A DNA stretch of 63,077 bases, the filler included, from Folioceros fuciformis (taxonomy: Eukaryota): assembly GCA_049999805.1 (NCBI GenBank). It is 6 parts of 6 records of this genome, joined end to end, with 100 filler letters (N's around TTAATTAATTAA, not from the genome) between each part and the next. Parts side by side here need not be neighbours in the genome. Positions count along the whole stretch, not along the records: positions 37,044 to 47,793 come from JBNGIO010003353.1; positions 47,894 to 53,433 come from JBNGIO010003354.1; positions 53,534 to 63,077 come from JBNGIO010003355.1; 3 more parts are not named here. The stretch is one strand, 5' to 3'. Each line of letters opens with the position of its first letter. Position 1 is the stretch's first letter. The translations under genes and the position numbers were made by a program. Under the pieces are notes generated by a model. It had not been told where the DNA came from and searched no databases. It saw nothing but the letters and a program-made list of their open reading frames with translations. Positions 37,190-55,312 of the stretch are shown here, piece by piece.

Positions 37190-40128
37190 CGTATCCAAAT
37201 CCGTTCGGACGAGCACATATTCTAAAAATGTTGGATTTCCATGAACCAGAGAATACAACAGTAACGTTGACCGATCATCAAGTAAACACCTGCAACGAGC
37301 AGCAGAAGTGAACCTGCCGTCCCAGACTAGTTGAACAAAAGCATGACAAACTCTCCAAGGATGACGCGACTTACACTCCAAGTGTGTCGTAAAGAGCAGA
37401 AAATGGAACCCTAACCAGACCAGCATAAGCCTCCAAGTCACCAACCTCAACTGCATGAGTTGGTACGAAATATCAATATCTTAAAAGGGACTTATTGAGA
37501 GAGCAGTGCACAGCCTCCTCCATCAGCAAGGTTGTGGTGCACACATATTGAGACCATTTGCTTTGACTACAACAAAAGGGAGAAAAGAGAAAAGATGCTG
37601 CACAACCATCTTCCCTTTTATAGCAACATAGCAACTAAGGTTTAAGGACGTACACTCTCTGTCTCTTGCTGTCTCCAATGCCTGCCGATAAGGATTTGTC
37701 TCAATTGCAACTGTCCCAGCCACAAGGGCATTTTCTTCTCCATCAACTTTGTCTGGGTCTTCGATTGGCAAACTCTTTCCATAATGCACTAGAACTAAGA
37801 GCAGCAAAAGGCTGTTATCTGATAAAGGGCTTTTCGAAACATCTGCATTTGACTTCACCAGGTGACTGTATGTGTAGGACGGTAATAAGAACATTGTAGC
37901 TGCAAATTCAATCCTTGAATCAGATTATGCACCTCTGAGCATCACGTATCAATAACACAGACGAACTAGGTAAAACACCAGCATGAACTGAAGAGATCCC
38001 AAATCAGCATATCAGTTGGTCCTCCTTCAATCAGCATACCAGCTGCTGTGCTCACTCTCCGTAAAACTCCTGACTGCTTGCCCCTGTAAATTGGTGCATA
38101 CTCTGCTGCCTCTGCAGGTAGAGGCTGCCTTGCAATATAGGACAGAAGCAACTTGCTCACAACTGGACCAACAAAATCAGCGTCCTGCAGATTTCACAGT
38201 CCGAAAAAATTATTGGCACGAGAAACCGGACAGGCAGGTTTTACAACTTGAATGATTTACCAACTTGCTTTCGTCTTTGAAGTAACCAACCAACGACAAA
38301 GTCCAGTTAGTCTACCAGGGTCATGGCTGCATCAAGAAAGGGATGAAGATCCTTAGGACCACCTGATGGTCCAGAATGCAGCTGTGTGGACATCATGACG
38401 AGCAGCAGATTGATAACCTCCAAGTGTACCATGTATGTGTGAGGCCTTCAATCCAGAAGACAACGAGTCAGGTTACTGGACATAGTTCTGCTCCAAAGTG
38501 TCCATCTCACCCCATTGTTGACGTCCAGTTCACACAAGCAAGATTCTAATAACCTGGAACTAGCTATGCTCCAAAGGATCCAACCGTTGAAATCCAATTA
38601 ACGCAATCAAAATCCTAGGCAGCAGACTTACAGTATTTCCACACTACCAACGAAAGTCATCAGGGCTTGGAGGATTAGGTCCAGGAGATTTTGGTGGCCT
38701 GCACACATTTGAACACACGTGACGGAACAGACCAGCGTTTTAAGTGACAGAGAAACATGTTACCCTCACATACTCCGGCTCAAGCAGACCCCCGGCCCTC
38801 CAAGCAGAGGTGAAGAAGCAAACTATGAAAATAAGAGCTAGATTCAATGAATGAGACGCAAACCTTTCTGCAAGCCAGCAAATTCTGCTTCAGCATCTTT
38901 CAGGTCCACTTCAAAGCTCTCCACCACCTCATCAGCCTTCGAGTGCTCAATGAAGTGCTTGAGAAAGACTCGAGATAAGTAAGTTGCATTCAATGCTTTC
39001 ACGGGTACATAGGCTGTCTCCTTGGTGGAGGCTATCTCTTGAAGACTCCAAACCAAATGGACGAACAATTTGGCAAGATGGGAAGTGACACTGTTGTTCT
39101 GAGCTGCACACGCGCAAGACACCACAATATGCAGCGCCAGCATCAGATCAGCGCATGAGCAACTTATTTTAAGTTGGTCAGTCTCATCCATAAGCAACAA
39201 CGTCCTTAAGCCATTTTCGAGACGCAGAGTACACAACATTCACTAGATAGAACACATGAAGCAACCGGACAAAAAAACCAAAATCCGAGTCTTTCTCTTG
39301 CTGACAATTGCAACAAGAAACGCTCCTGCACTCCAGGCAAGCACGCGACCGCCTCTGCAGTCTACAGCTAGCAGCAAGCACACTTGCGTGTGCGGACAGG
39401 CCGTGTCCCCTGGACGAATTCACCAAATTCCAAGCACTGACGTGCTCTCCACTCTACAAACCCCAAACACGACAGTGAGTCGCCATTGAGGTATATCATT
39501 GGCAACCAATCCGGAGGACACGATTCTCTCCAACGGCAACTCAATTCTGCACGGTTCCAGGACAAGTCGCGACAGGAAGAAATTCTCTCAATGCCCGGAT
39601 CCATGCATGGTACATACTACCCCCTCCAATCCAATTTCAGGCAGACTCTCCCGCAGCAGATCTGGCACCGCTAATAGTCATCTTCCAACTCCACACCTCC
39701 GACGCGTAAAAAGTCCAGCTTAACAGATACCAGGAAATTCCCTCCACAAACCACAAAATCGCAGCAATCGGCAAGATCAGACGGTCCCAGCCACGCTACT
39801 GTCAAGCCACAGTATTCTGCAGGCGCCAGAGCAGCCACTGCAAGGCAGAGCAGAGAATTGGACGACCGGATTGCTACCAAGGAGTTCGCAGGCTGTGGTC
39901 ACGGCAGCGTCATCCCAACGCAACGAGTGATGCTGGCCCAAGAGCTTCCCCCAAAAATTGTCCCGCAAATCCTGAGCTCGATCTCCGACCAGCAGCGAGA
40001 GCAGNNNNNNNNNNNNNNNNNNNNNNNNNNNNNNNNNNNNNNNNNNNNNNNNNNNNNNNNNNNNNNNNNNNNNNNNNNNNNNNNNNNNNNNNNNNNNNNN
40101 NNNNGGGCGTGGACACTCCCGCTCCCAT
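37190..40128 (-). CDS. DYM: Dymeclin, 5' portion (3' truncated by contig edge)
   Basis: Myristoylation-type start [14 protein letters not shown]...[113 protein letters not shown]. Confidence 0.92.
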
Positions 40129-41334
40129 GCCGCCAGGCGTCAGCTCCCAGATCCCCTACACCCGTCGCGGCTGCGGCTGCTCATGCAGCTGCAGATCCCG
40201 GAGCTACGCAACGCCCATGGCACAAGATTGGGATGCGAGCGCCGCAGGCAGGCAGCACGCGCACGCCAAAGCCTGGAGCTCGCTTCCGCCTTGGTCCCCT
40301 TTTTTTCTCTCTTCGCAACGTCTCCGGTTCCCTTGCTCTCCCCTTCACTTCTCCTCGTTGTCTTTACGCCAGCGTCGTAAACAGACCGACGGTCGTCCTT
40401 TCCTCGTCTTGCCTGTTTGCCCAAATGGCCACAAAGTCGACTCGACTGTCTCGCGTCTGCAACAAAACGTGGACCTCCTGGTTGCAGGCCTGGATGGTAA
40501 GAGGTTATGTAGCTCCAAAAGCTACTTGAACCTCAATCAATACTCGTACGTACATACGTATACTGTACGAAATCGGGAGACTTACTAACCCAGAAGGAGT
40601 GCTATATCCGACGTCGTTTTCACGATCTTAGCGAGACGTTTTCTTCCCAGCTTCACCGCGTCTAGCGAGTTCGGCACGCAGTCCCGAGCTCCACAGCGAC
40701 CCTCGTTTGACCTTATCAGAGTGCCTCGTGGCTCGATGCCATTAGAGAGCCTACGTCACACAGCATGTAGGGCAAAGCAACGCACTCACGTCTCTAAAAT
40801 CCACCCCTCATTTTCGTCGCTCTATTCGCTCCCACTCTCTGTATTCGTATTCGTGGGTTTCCCGAAGATGTCTGACATTTGCGAAGTGTTGGAATTTTCA
40901 AGGCAGATCGAGATTTGCTGGCGTTGGAACTTGCAGCTTAGATGAGGTGTTCAGGTTGGGATCCTTTTGCTGATTTATCTCTCCGAATGAGAGAAAGACT
41001 GCTGATCTTTAAGTCCAGGCGACTCGATTGGAGTGGCTCTAGCAGTGTGCTATCAATGAAAGCAAAGAGCATTTTTGGCCATGTCCAATGGCTCTACGTC
41101 ATTCCTTTGGAGTTCCTCCCATCGTCCACCTTCATCATAATGCCAATCATACGGTTTGCTACTCTTTGGTACAAGAGTCAAGGATTAGAGCGTTTTTCAC
41201 CACTACATGTATTTCTTTTTGTTCAATTGGATGCTTACTATCCAAAGGGTTAGGTTGTCTTGCCTTCTTTGGCTTTGTTCTTGGAGGTTGAATTTCACAG
41301 GGTTCACCTCAAGCGGCTTAGAGAGTGTCTTGCA

Positions 41335-41800
41335 AGTAACTCCTTAATGAGGCTCAACAATGAGGAGGATGAGATATCGACAACAAAGAGAATGAAGATG
41401 CCTCACTATTGATCTCAACAACAAGGAGAATGAAGAGGAAGATAGAATCAACTTGCATGGGCCTTGTAAGTGTCCTTACGGGTCTCAACAACAAGAGAAT
41501 GAAGGTGAAGATAGAATCAGCTTACATGGGCCTTGTAGGTGTTCTTATGGGTCTCAATAACAAAAGTATGAAGATTAAGATAGAATAATCTTGTATGGAG
41601 CTTGCAAGTGTCCTTACCGATCTCAACTACAAGGAGAATGAAGTTGAAGATAAACTCAACTTGCATGGAGCTTGCAAGTGTCCTTACCGATCTCAACTAC
41701 AAGGAGAATGAAGATGAAGATAAACTCAACTTGCATGGAGCTTACAGGTATCCTTATCGACAAGAAGAATGAAGATGAAGATAGAATAAGCTTGCATTGG
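41335..41800 (+). repeat. Degenerate 69-70-bp tandem array (~6 copies)
   Basis: Unit ~GATCTCAACTACAAGGAGAATGAAGATGAAGATAAACTCAACTTGCATGGAGCTTGCAAGTGTCCTTACC. TCCTTA(C/T)-like anchors at 41473, 41542, 41611, 41681 and 41751. Confidence 0.88.
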
Positions 41801-42740
41801 GTGTGTCTGCAGATCTTTGCTGATACACACCTTTTGCTGCCAAATTCAAGGGTTGAGACTAACATGCTCATAGATGGAGATGATCAGAGATGGAGATGAA
41901 TGTGGGATATGTTTCGCTACCAAGACTTTGGACGCCCTTGATAAAAAGAGATATCTCAAACCGAAACTCTATCCAACAAGGTATACGAGTGCTCCCTTAG
42001 AGAATCAAGTCACCATCCTGGCCAAAGAAAAAACGATGTCTTTATTGATATCGAGAGATAAAATTTTTAAGTCTATAGATGTGCGTTTCTGCAAATGGTT
42101 GCGTATCACATCGCCGAAGACGCTCAAAGGTAGGTCACTTCTGGTGCCGTTCTTACTTATATACGTGAAGGCGACTGCACACTCGTGAAACCGAACTTGC
42201 ACGACCACCAAGTGCAAAGGCCCGTAACCCAAGGAGGCGGACGAATGAACTCGCTCCAGACTAAACGCATTGGCTTAGTCTTTAGGAGTAAAGCAAGTAT
42301 GCAGGTCGAGGTTGAGAGTCGAGAGGAAAGCACGCACACAACTCCTCATTGGTAACAGAGCCATTAGGTCTTCCTACTCTCTAAGACATTCGAACGGACG
42401 GGTTCTGTGGCTGGTTAGAGCTGAGTTTGTTGGAAGAGAAAGCTGGCTCGGTGGCAGGTTTGCCAAGGAACTGAGGTTGAGAAGTGCTCTTGGACGTAAC
42501 ACGTTGTGAATTGAGAATAGCTGAAGGATTTAGGTTGTTTCCCGCCCTTCTCCATTACATTACTAGCGTAGACGGAACCAGGATCCAGCCCGGCCTCGAC
42601 CGCTCGGCTATCAGCACCCTTGACAGTCTTCGCACTGAAAGGTGGTCCGCTTGCGCTGCCCAGGGTGGTTTCCGAGGTAGGAAGGGACCAAGCAGGCGCA
42701 TGAGACAGGCACACCGCAGGATCAGGCAGGAGGAGACGCC

Positions 42741-47724
<4,984 letters not shown>

Positions 47725-47793
47725 GTCAGGCTGCTGAAGTTTTTGTTGCTTGGGGGGGATTCGTGATTGCTCACTGAAAGCGGGATGTAGGGG

Positions 47794-47893
47794 NNNNNNN
47801 NNNNNNNNNNNNNNNNNNNNNNNNNNNNNNNNNNNNNTTAATTAATTAANNNNNNNNNNNNNNNNNNNNNNNNNNNNNNNNNNNNNNNNNNNN
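47794..47893. other. Artificial contig linker
   Basis: N44-TTAATTAATTAA-N44. Confidence 0.95.
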
Positions 47894-48689
47894 GACATGA
47901 TAATGTATAGGATTTGACTCTTCTTCAAAAGGTGTAGATGGTGTACCCGGCTTTGAATAAGGAGAACGTTATTGTGAACTTTGATGTTGGTTTTGGGAAT
48001 AACTTAATGAAGTTGTGGTAGTAAGTAGCAATCTTCCATATGGGGCTGGTGATGTTGCTTCATAAGAGGCATAACGATAGCCTCACTCGTGTAGATAAGA
48101 ATTCACCATGTTCATAACGTCTCGTCCTAAGTGATAAAGACCACTTTATGAGATTTGTGAGGAATTCCTCCGACTGTGACTATTTGTTCTCCGAGATTGA
48201 GCTCTTGCTTTTTGTTCACTTTACCTTCTAGAATAAATGGAATAGGATCTATGGTTGCTAGACATAGTTATAATGCGAAATATGTAAACAATCAAAGATT
48301 ATTATGAAGAGTATATGAGAGTGAGTGCAAGTGCTTGACTAGGGGAGGTTATAGTAAATGAGTACGAGACATAAAGTATATGAACATGGAGCTTTGTAAG
48401 GAAACACCTATTGAGATCACAAGACTCTAAAAGACTTTTGGAGTTTTGTACCCAAACTAAATAATTGGTTCATTATTAATTAGAGCTAACAAAATATGGT
48501 GTTAGACTCTAATTGAGTTGTTTGAGTAATGTTTGTGTGTTAAGTGAATAACTCCTTAAAAAATGAATAAAATATGTATAAACACATCAAAATGCATTTT
48601 GAAATAAAATTGTGGTTGTTGCCGCTTGAGTGTTTCTCTTCCTAAGAGAAAAGAATGTAGCAACCAAAGATGACAATTTTATGGGATCA

Positions 48690-48703
48690 TGGCTCTGATA
48701 CCA
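48690..48703 (-). mobile_element. tRNA-iMet primer binding site of a degenerate LTR retroelement
   Basis: The plus strand reads TGGCTCTGATACCA, which is TGGTATCAGAGCCA on the minus strand. Confidence 0.7.
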
Positions 48704-48997
48704 AGTCAAAGATGAGAGGAAGCAATTATGCTAGATATTCAACAAAAACTTATTAGTCTTAAGAGTTATTAAAATATAGGTGAGCACTTTTATAGTGTTT
48801 CCACTAAAGGCTGTGTCCTTTCATTAAGGGAAATGTGATTGCTGGTCTAGCCTAGGTTAACTCTAACTAACGTAGTCTGCACTATCTCTAACTCCGGCCC
48901 TTGTTTGATACCTTGCCTCCCCACAAACAAGGCAGCTGGTGTTTCCTGAATGCATACTCCAGAACAGAGAATGATCCCAAACTCAAACATCAATCCA

Positions 48998-49297
48998 CTA
49001 AAAGCCCTGACTTGCATCGACGACGAGACTTTGGACATCTACGTGCGAGGATGGTAGGGTATTGTTTGTTGGGAGCATGGAAGTTGACAGCATACGCAAA
49101 ATGGCAGTCATCGTAGAGTATGTTATCTTGAACCAATCTTGTATGTGGAGCAAGGCCAAGGTCCCAGATAAGTATGAATGATGGGTATTGTCTTGTAAAT
49201 TTGCAATCCACAAAGGGTTTCTAGCCTCTGTAGCGATCCCATTGTGTTGGTCATTTGCGATTCCCGCCAAATATTTGTTGAAGCTTTGTGCTTGCAA
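48998..49297 (-). mobile_element. CACTA (En/Spm) transposase N-terminal fragment
   Basis: LSGTLALLHIQDWFKITYSTMTAILRMLSTSMLPTNNTLPSSHVDVQSLV resembles the region preceding the Tnp2 domain (L..LL.IK...W...FT.LL.LL...LP..N.LP.S....K). Confidence 0.5.
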
Positions 49298-49973
49298 CTC
49301 CGACTAGGGGTCATGGCCTTGGCCTATGCATATGGTGTCATGAAAAGCCTCTGGCATGTCCACAAGTTATGGTACTTGAGTGCAGCGTGGTTGTTGTGGC
49401 AAAGCAATAGGCAGATGCATAGGACTATGGAAGAATATGCCATTTATTTCTTGAGGAACAAGGGGCTGGGCACTCTGATAATAAATATAGCAGAAGCTCT
49501 CATACACAAAACTCACAAGCGCACAAGAAGTGAATGAATGAATTAAACACAAATGTCTGTTAAATACAAAATTGTATGTGTAACCCTAAGTTACGAATGA
49601 CTAGCCCTAACTTAAATAACCCAAGGGCGGGGTTCAACACTTTTTATTGACACACTCCCAACACCGCCTTGTCGCGCCTGAAACAAAGCAAACGAATATG
49701 GGGATTACAATTAAAATGAGAAACTAGCCTAGTGGAAGAAGGTTTACAGTGTGGTTAGCTATGCTCACCTCAGCCAAGAGCTTGGCCCATGATCACTCGT
49801 GGCAAGCAGTAATGTCTACTCGAATTGTTGTGTCTTACCTTCACAACCAAGGCACTTGCACAAGACCCACTAAATGTGCCTATTGGCATGTGGAGCATCC
49901 ATCACAAGAGTGAGTTTTTTTACAGAATAGCGGGGGAGGCGAGGTCGAGGGAGTTCAGCTGAATGGTCGGGGT

Positions 49974-51856
49974 TGTTGAGATGAAGTCCCCGCCATGCTT
50001 GGATAGCGTTAGAACTNNNNNNNNNNNNNNNNNNNNNNNNNNNNNNNNNNNNNNNNNNNNNNNNNNNNNNNNNNNNNNNNNNNNNNNNNNNNNNNNNNNN
50101 NNNNNNNNNNNNNNNNCATAATACAAGTAACGAGGGTGGGGGTTAGACCACACAAACTAGGTTGGTTCATTCCTCCTTTTATGGACCTAAGTGTGGCACT
50201 CTTATTTCATGCACAATATGGGATAAATGCTCCCAACCCTAAAACACCCTAAATGCTAATCACTCTTAGCACACTAATTAAGAAAACTCAATAAGATGGA
50301 TTATCACTAATTACTCTTAGCACTAATCACTCTTAACACTCCCACTCAGCGCACTTGAGTTTGCTTCAATCCAAGCAATCCTTTGCATTTCTCAAACTTG
50401 AACTTGCTGACTACCTTGGTTAAAAAGTCTGCAGCCATTTCCTCCGTTTGGCAATACTCAAAGGCAACCTCCAATAGCTTCACCTTCTCACGCACAAAGA
50501 GATGTTGAATATCAATATGCTTTATCCTTGCATGGTGTACCGAGTTCTTGATCAAAGCCATACTTCCTTGGCTATCACTTCTAAAGGTGGTTGGCTGCTG
50601 CTACTTATAACCAATGTCCTCCATTAGCTTTCTCAACCACACGGCCTCCTTGGTGGCTTGAGTAGATGCCATGTACTCAGCCTCCACAGTGGATATGGCG
50701 ACAGTGTGTTACTTCTTGCTGTTCCAAGTGATGGCCCCTTCTCCTAGGGTAAAGGCGTATCTGGTTGTTGATCTTCTATCATCTAAATCACTTGCCCAAT
50801 CTGAATCACAATACCCAACAAGATTGTGGTCTTTGTTTGCACCTGAAAACTCCAACCACATGTTGCTTGTACCTCTCAAGTATCGCATGATCCTCTTTAC
50901 TGCAATCCAATGTTATTTTCCGGGATTCTACATAAATTGGCTCACTACTCCCACTGCTTTTGCAATGTCCAAACGCGTTCCTATCATGGCATACATCAAA
51001 CTTCCAACTGCTGCCCTGTAAGGAATGTTGCTCATCTCATACTTCTCCCCATCTCGTGAGGAGCAATGCTGCTTGCACAACTTCACATCTAAATTCAAAG
51101 GAGTTCCAATAGGCTTGCAATCAACCATTCCAAACTGCTCCAACAATTCCTCCACATACCTCTGCTAGCCAAGCCTAATGATGCGTGCAGCTCTGTCTCT
51201 TACTACTTCAATTCCAAGGAAATAATGAATCTCCCCCAAGTCCTTCATCTCAAACTTCTTTGACAACATCTCCTTCACCTTAGCAATAGCACTTAGAGAT
51301 GGACTTAGTAGGATCAGATCATCCACGTATATGGCTAAGATTACCTTACTTTGTGCGACCATTGAAGTGTAGATGCTCTCATCTGCTGTACATGGCTGAA
51401 AACCTTGCTCCAAAAGATAAGAGTTAATCTTTTGATACCAAGCTCGTGGCGCTTGCTTCAATCCATAGAGGGCTTTCTTCAATTTGCAGACCAGGTCCTC
51501 CTTGCTGATTGCTACATACCCTTGAGGCTGCTCCATGTAAATGTCTTCTTCCAAATCCCCATTCAGAAATGCTGTTTTCACATCCATTTGATGGATTTCC
51601 AAATCATCAATTGCTCCCACTGCAAGTAAGGTTCTAATGGATGCAAACTTTGCAACCAGGGCAAATGTCTCATTGTAGTCAATGCCTTTCTCTTGAGCGT
51701 ATCCCTTCACCACCAACCTAGCCTTGAATCTATCAATTTGTCCACTTGAATTGCTCTTAATTTTGAACACCCATTTGCATCTGATGGCATTCCTTCCTGG
51801 AGGCAATGTAGTCAACATCCAAGTATTGTTGCCTTGGAGCAACCTCATCTCCTCAT
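49974..51856 (-). mobile_element. Ty1/copia element A: RT + RNase H (degenerate), PPT and 3' LTR (49974-50338)
   Basis: CKWVFKIK...RFKARLVVKGY, HQMDVKTAFLNG, LYGLKQAPRAW, YVDDL, PYRAAVGSLMY, KHIDIQHLFVRE. PPT GAGTGGGAG abuts TGTTAAG; the LTR is bounded by TGTT...AACA. Confidence 0.92.
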
Positions 51857-53263
51857 TGTTTGGGGATCGTTCGATAAGAATACAAAACTTGGACAACAAC
51901 CTTGCCAAATGAACGAACGATTAATTGATGATAAGTTTCTCCTTATATACAAAATTGTAAAGTCATGTCCTTTCGTAATTAGGTTTAACTAAGTCACTTT
52001 GATATACATAGCCCTAATCTAATTGGCGTATGTTTATATAATGTGTAACCCTAACGGCGCAGTTACTCTCAACACGCCCCCGTAAACAGGAGCCACTGTT
52101 AGATCCAAGCCGTAATCCGCCGTAAGAGACCATGGCAGGAAGCCTGTCACAGTGTCTGTCACTTTGTGCATTCGTGATTGCCATCTACCTCCTGTATCAA
52201 CATCATGATGACCATGACCATGGCAGAGGCAGGTGATTAGGTATGTCTCTGATGCTTCATCCACCTCCAGCTGCCTTCATATTGTTGTGTTCCTTTTTAT
52301 CCCTGCAGAATTGACCAGTTCTCATGTTCTGCTACAACGTGCTGACAGCTCTGCCTACACTACTGTTGCAAGGAAGGGCAAGGTCTTAGTCCCATGGACT
52401 CCATGTGGAAATAGTGCTTAGGCTTCGGTAGGTTCTTTGTAAGCAAGTCAGCTGTGTTTTCATCAGTTGAGATGTATTCAATTTTGACCACTTTCCTTTC
52501 CTGTGAATGCCTAACAAAGTGGTGGTGGACCTCGATGTGCTTCGTGCGTGCATGAAATCGAGGGTTCCCAACTAGGGCTATTGTGGACATATTGTCATAG
52601 TGGACGACAGTGGGCATTGCTGGCTTGTAACCTAACCCTTGTAGAAAACTCCTTTCCCATTCAGCCTCCTTGGCTGAATCTGTCAGAGCCTTGTACTCTG
52701 CCTCAGTAGATGATAGCGCCACTGACGTTTGCTTTTTCGAGCTCCAGTTGACAGTAGCTCCAGCCATCACAAAGCAATAAGCCGAGATGCTTCGTCTAAT
52801 TTCAGGGTCAGTTGCCCAATCGGCATCTGCATACCCTACAGGTGCAATGCTGCCAGTCTGTCCTGAGAAGCATAGCCCATAATTAACAGTGCCCTTTAGA
52901 TACCTCAGAACCCTCTTGACAGCTCCCCAGTGTTCTTTCCCGAGGTTCTCCAGAAACTGAGAAACTGAGCTTACAGCGTATTATATGTCGGGACGAGTCC
53001 AGCAGCTTGTGTAATTTAGATATCCCACAACATGGCGGTATGGCACCTGCTGCATGGCTTCCCGTTCATAATCACTTTGAGGTGACTGATAAGAGGTGAG
53101 CTTTAACCTAGCTATTCCTGGAGTTGACATTGGTTTTGATTGATCTAAGCTGAATCTACGCAATGTCTCATTTATATATTTAGTTTGATGCAAGACTATA
53201 GATCTATCTGCCCTATTTCTAACTAGCTGTACACCAAGCATGAAGGTAAGCTGTCCTATATCC
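51857..53263 (-). mobile_element. Ty1/copia element B nested in element A: RT C-terminus/RNase H, PPT and 218-bp 3' LTR (51857-52074)
   Basis: PYRHVVGYLNY..TRPDI, WSSKKQTSVALSSTEAEY, HARTKHIEVHHHFVR. PPT GGGGGCG is followed by TGTTGAG; the LTR ends AAACA directly against element A's (N)EEMRLLQGNNTW. Confidence 0.88.
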
Positions 53264-53433
53264 TGTTGAGATGTCACCCCCGCCATGCTCAAAGGAGGTT
53301 AAAACAAGTTAGTTGAAGCAAGATGCAGAATCCCAAAACTAAGAGCACTATAACAAGGCTCTTAAACTCAAATAAAAAGGAGAATTACAAAAAACAACAC
53401 AATACAAGTGAAGAGGGAGTTAGACTGCATATA
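53264..53433. mobile_element. LTR of the element A family inserted in element B (runs off contig)
   Basis: TGTTGAGATG..CCCCGCCATGCT and AATACAAGT..GAGGG...GTTAGAC match the LTR at 49974-50150. Confidence 0.65.
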
Positions 53434-53533
53434 NNNNNNNNNNNNNNNNNNNNNNNNNNNNNNNNNNNNNNNNNNNNTTAATTAATTAANNNNNNNNNNN
53501 NNNNNNNNNNNNNNNNNNNNNNNNNNNNNNNNN
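53434..53533. other. Artificial contig linker
   Basis: N44-TTAATTAATTAA-N44. Confidence 0.95.
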
Positions 53534-55312
53534 GCATCCCCCGCCACACAACTAGTACAGTACATATGTATTTGTTTTCACTTTTGTGGGAATGCCGAAT
53601 GCACTTGGCTTGTTCCCCGCGTTTCCTCCTCCCAGGCTCCCTCCCTGGGCGCCTCTTGACGTAGTAGGGCCGGCACAGTCTCGTCATTTCTCGGCCACGA
53701 CCGGGACCCGGCCTGGGATAACCCAAGAGTGCCTGCAGCCACATGTGACCACATGGGACAGTGTCTCATCCAAACCCTAGAATCAAACACATGACAAGCG
53801 AGAATGTTGACTGGGCAAGCAACCCGCGTGGGAGGGAATGATGGGCGATAGAGATATTGGAGGCGCTGTCGGCCAGAGAGCACCAGAGCACCAGAGCCAG
53901 GGCTGCATGGATATGCATGAGTGTCGCATCGCCTGGCCATGCGTGACATGTTGGGGAGAGCAGGCATGGCAATGATGGAGGCGGGCCAGGGACGGGGAGG
54001 GCCACGGAACCTCGACCCGGGCTCCCCGCTGCCAGATCTACATCCACGCATCTATTGGGTGCACAGTTTATGGGTCACGCCGGCCCCCCTTGTCACACAC
54101 TCACTGCTCCGCCTACCTCTTTACTTCTCCTTGTTGCTTTTGTGTTTTTTATGCCGGCCTGCCGCCCCACGCTGCGCAACAGGCGCTGCTGCCTTCATTG
54201 CTCGCCCCTCCTTCCCCCGCGCCTTCATTTATGCNNNNNNNNNNNNNNNNNNNNNNNNNNNNNNNNNNNNNNNNNNNNNNNNNNNNNNNNNNNNNNNNNN
54301 NNNNNNNNNNNNNNNNNNNNNNNNNNNNNNNNNNCCTCCTTTTTCGTCTTCCCCACTCTATCGTCCAGACTTCCGAGAGCTTATTAAGTACATCTTCAGT
54401 GTTGAAGCTCACCTCCACGCCGGGATTCCTTGGCCAGGTGCGTCTGCCCCGCCGCTTCTTCCTCTGCATGCAGCGCTGGACTGTTGACTCGACCGGGGCG
54501 GGGACTCCGGCTCTGGCAGGACACACACACTGCCACCTTCTTCCGCTTCTTTCAAACCTGTGTGCCAGTCTCGATCTCGGATTCCTGCACGCCACTCCGG
54601 CAGCTTCTCCTTCAAACTTGAAAATGCGAAGCCGTTAAATGCTGTACCTAGCGCTGCAGGATGCTAATTTTCGTCTGACCTAGGAAGGCAGGGACTCTAG
54701 GTAAACGGAGCCGTACGGGGCGGGCACCTCTGTTAACGGGTGAAGAACCGTTAAACGAGGGAGGTGTGTTTCCACGTGTGGCCACCGAGGCGACCATCGG
54801 TGCTCCGCGATCCTCTATTACGTCTTCGAGCTCTCAAAAGTCTTCCCCTCAGCATTAACCTTGCCATTCGCACGCCCGAGTGCCCACATATGAATTATGT
54901 GTGCTCCTTCGCCCCGATGGTGACATGTGGTTATGGCGATCTCGGCGTCCGGGTTTGGCGACTTCGCGAGCACCTACATTGTATATATGTACAAACGTAC
55001 AAGCCACTTCTTCCGGCGGACCTTGTCTCTTTAGTGCTACTTCCACCACATTTTGCTCCTCGTTTCCAGCTAAAAGCTCTTGGGTAATTACGTCATTTTG
55101 GTTTTTGAAAACAAAGGCCCAATTAAATACTTTATTGAAACGTACAGTACTTGAGACATGAGAAAAACTACACTGGCCTAGAATTATTTCCTGAGTGCCG
55201 TCCACCTCCGGTAAGGGGCACCCACCATACACATTCTTCACATTGTTCTCAAGATCACTTGAGCAGCAACCTAAATACCTTTTCTCTCAATACAGGAGTA
55301 TGAGGCAATATT

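Noticed and set aside
47894..48703. Endogenous caulimovirid suggested by TGGTATCAGAGCC
   Set aside because: The same PBS is used by LTR retrotransposons, and no movement, coat or viral RT protein is recognisable.
54880..55161. ORF starting MPTYELCVLLRP, reminiscent of ribosomal protein bS6
   Set aside because: The start is GTG, similarity stops after 12 residues, and it lies in TE-derived sequence.
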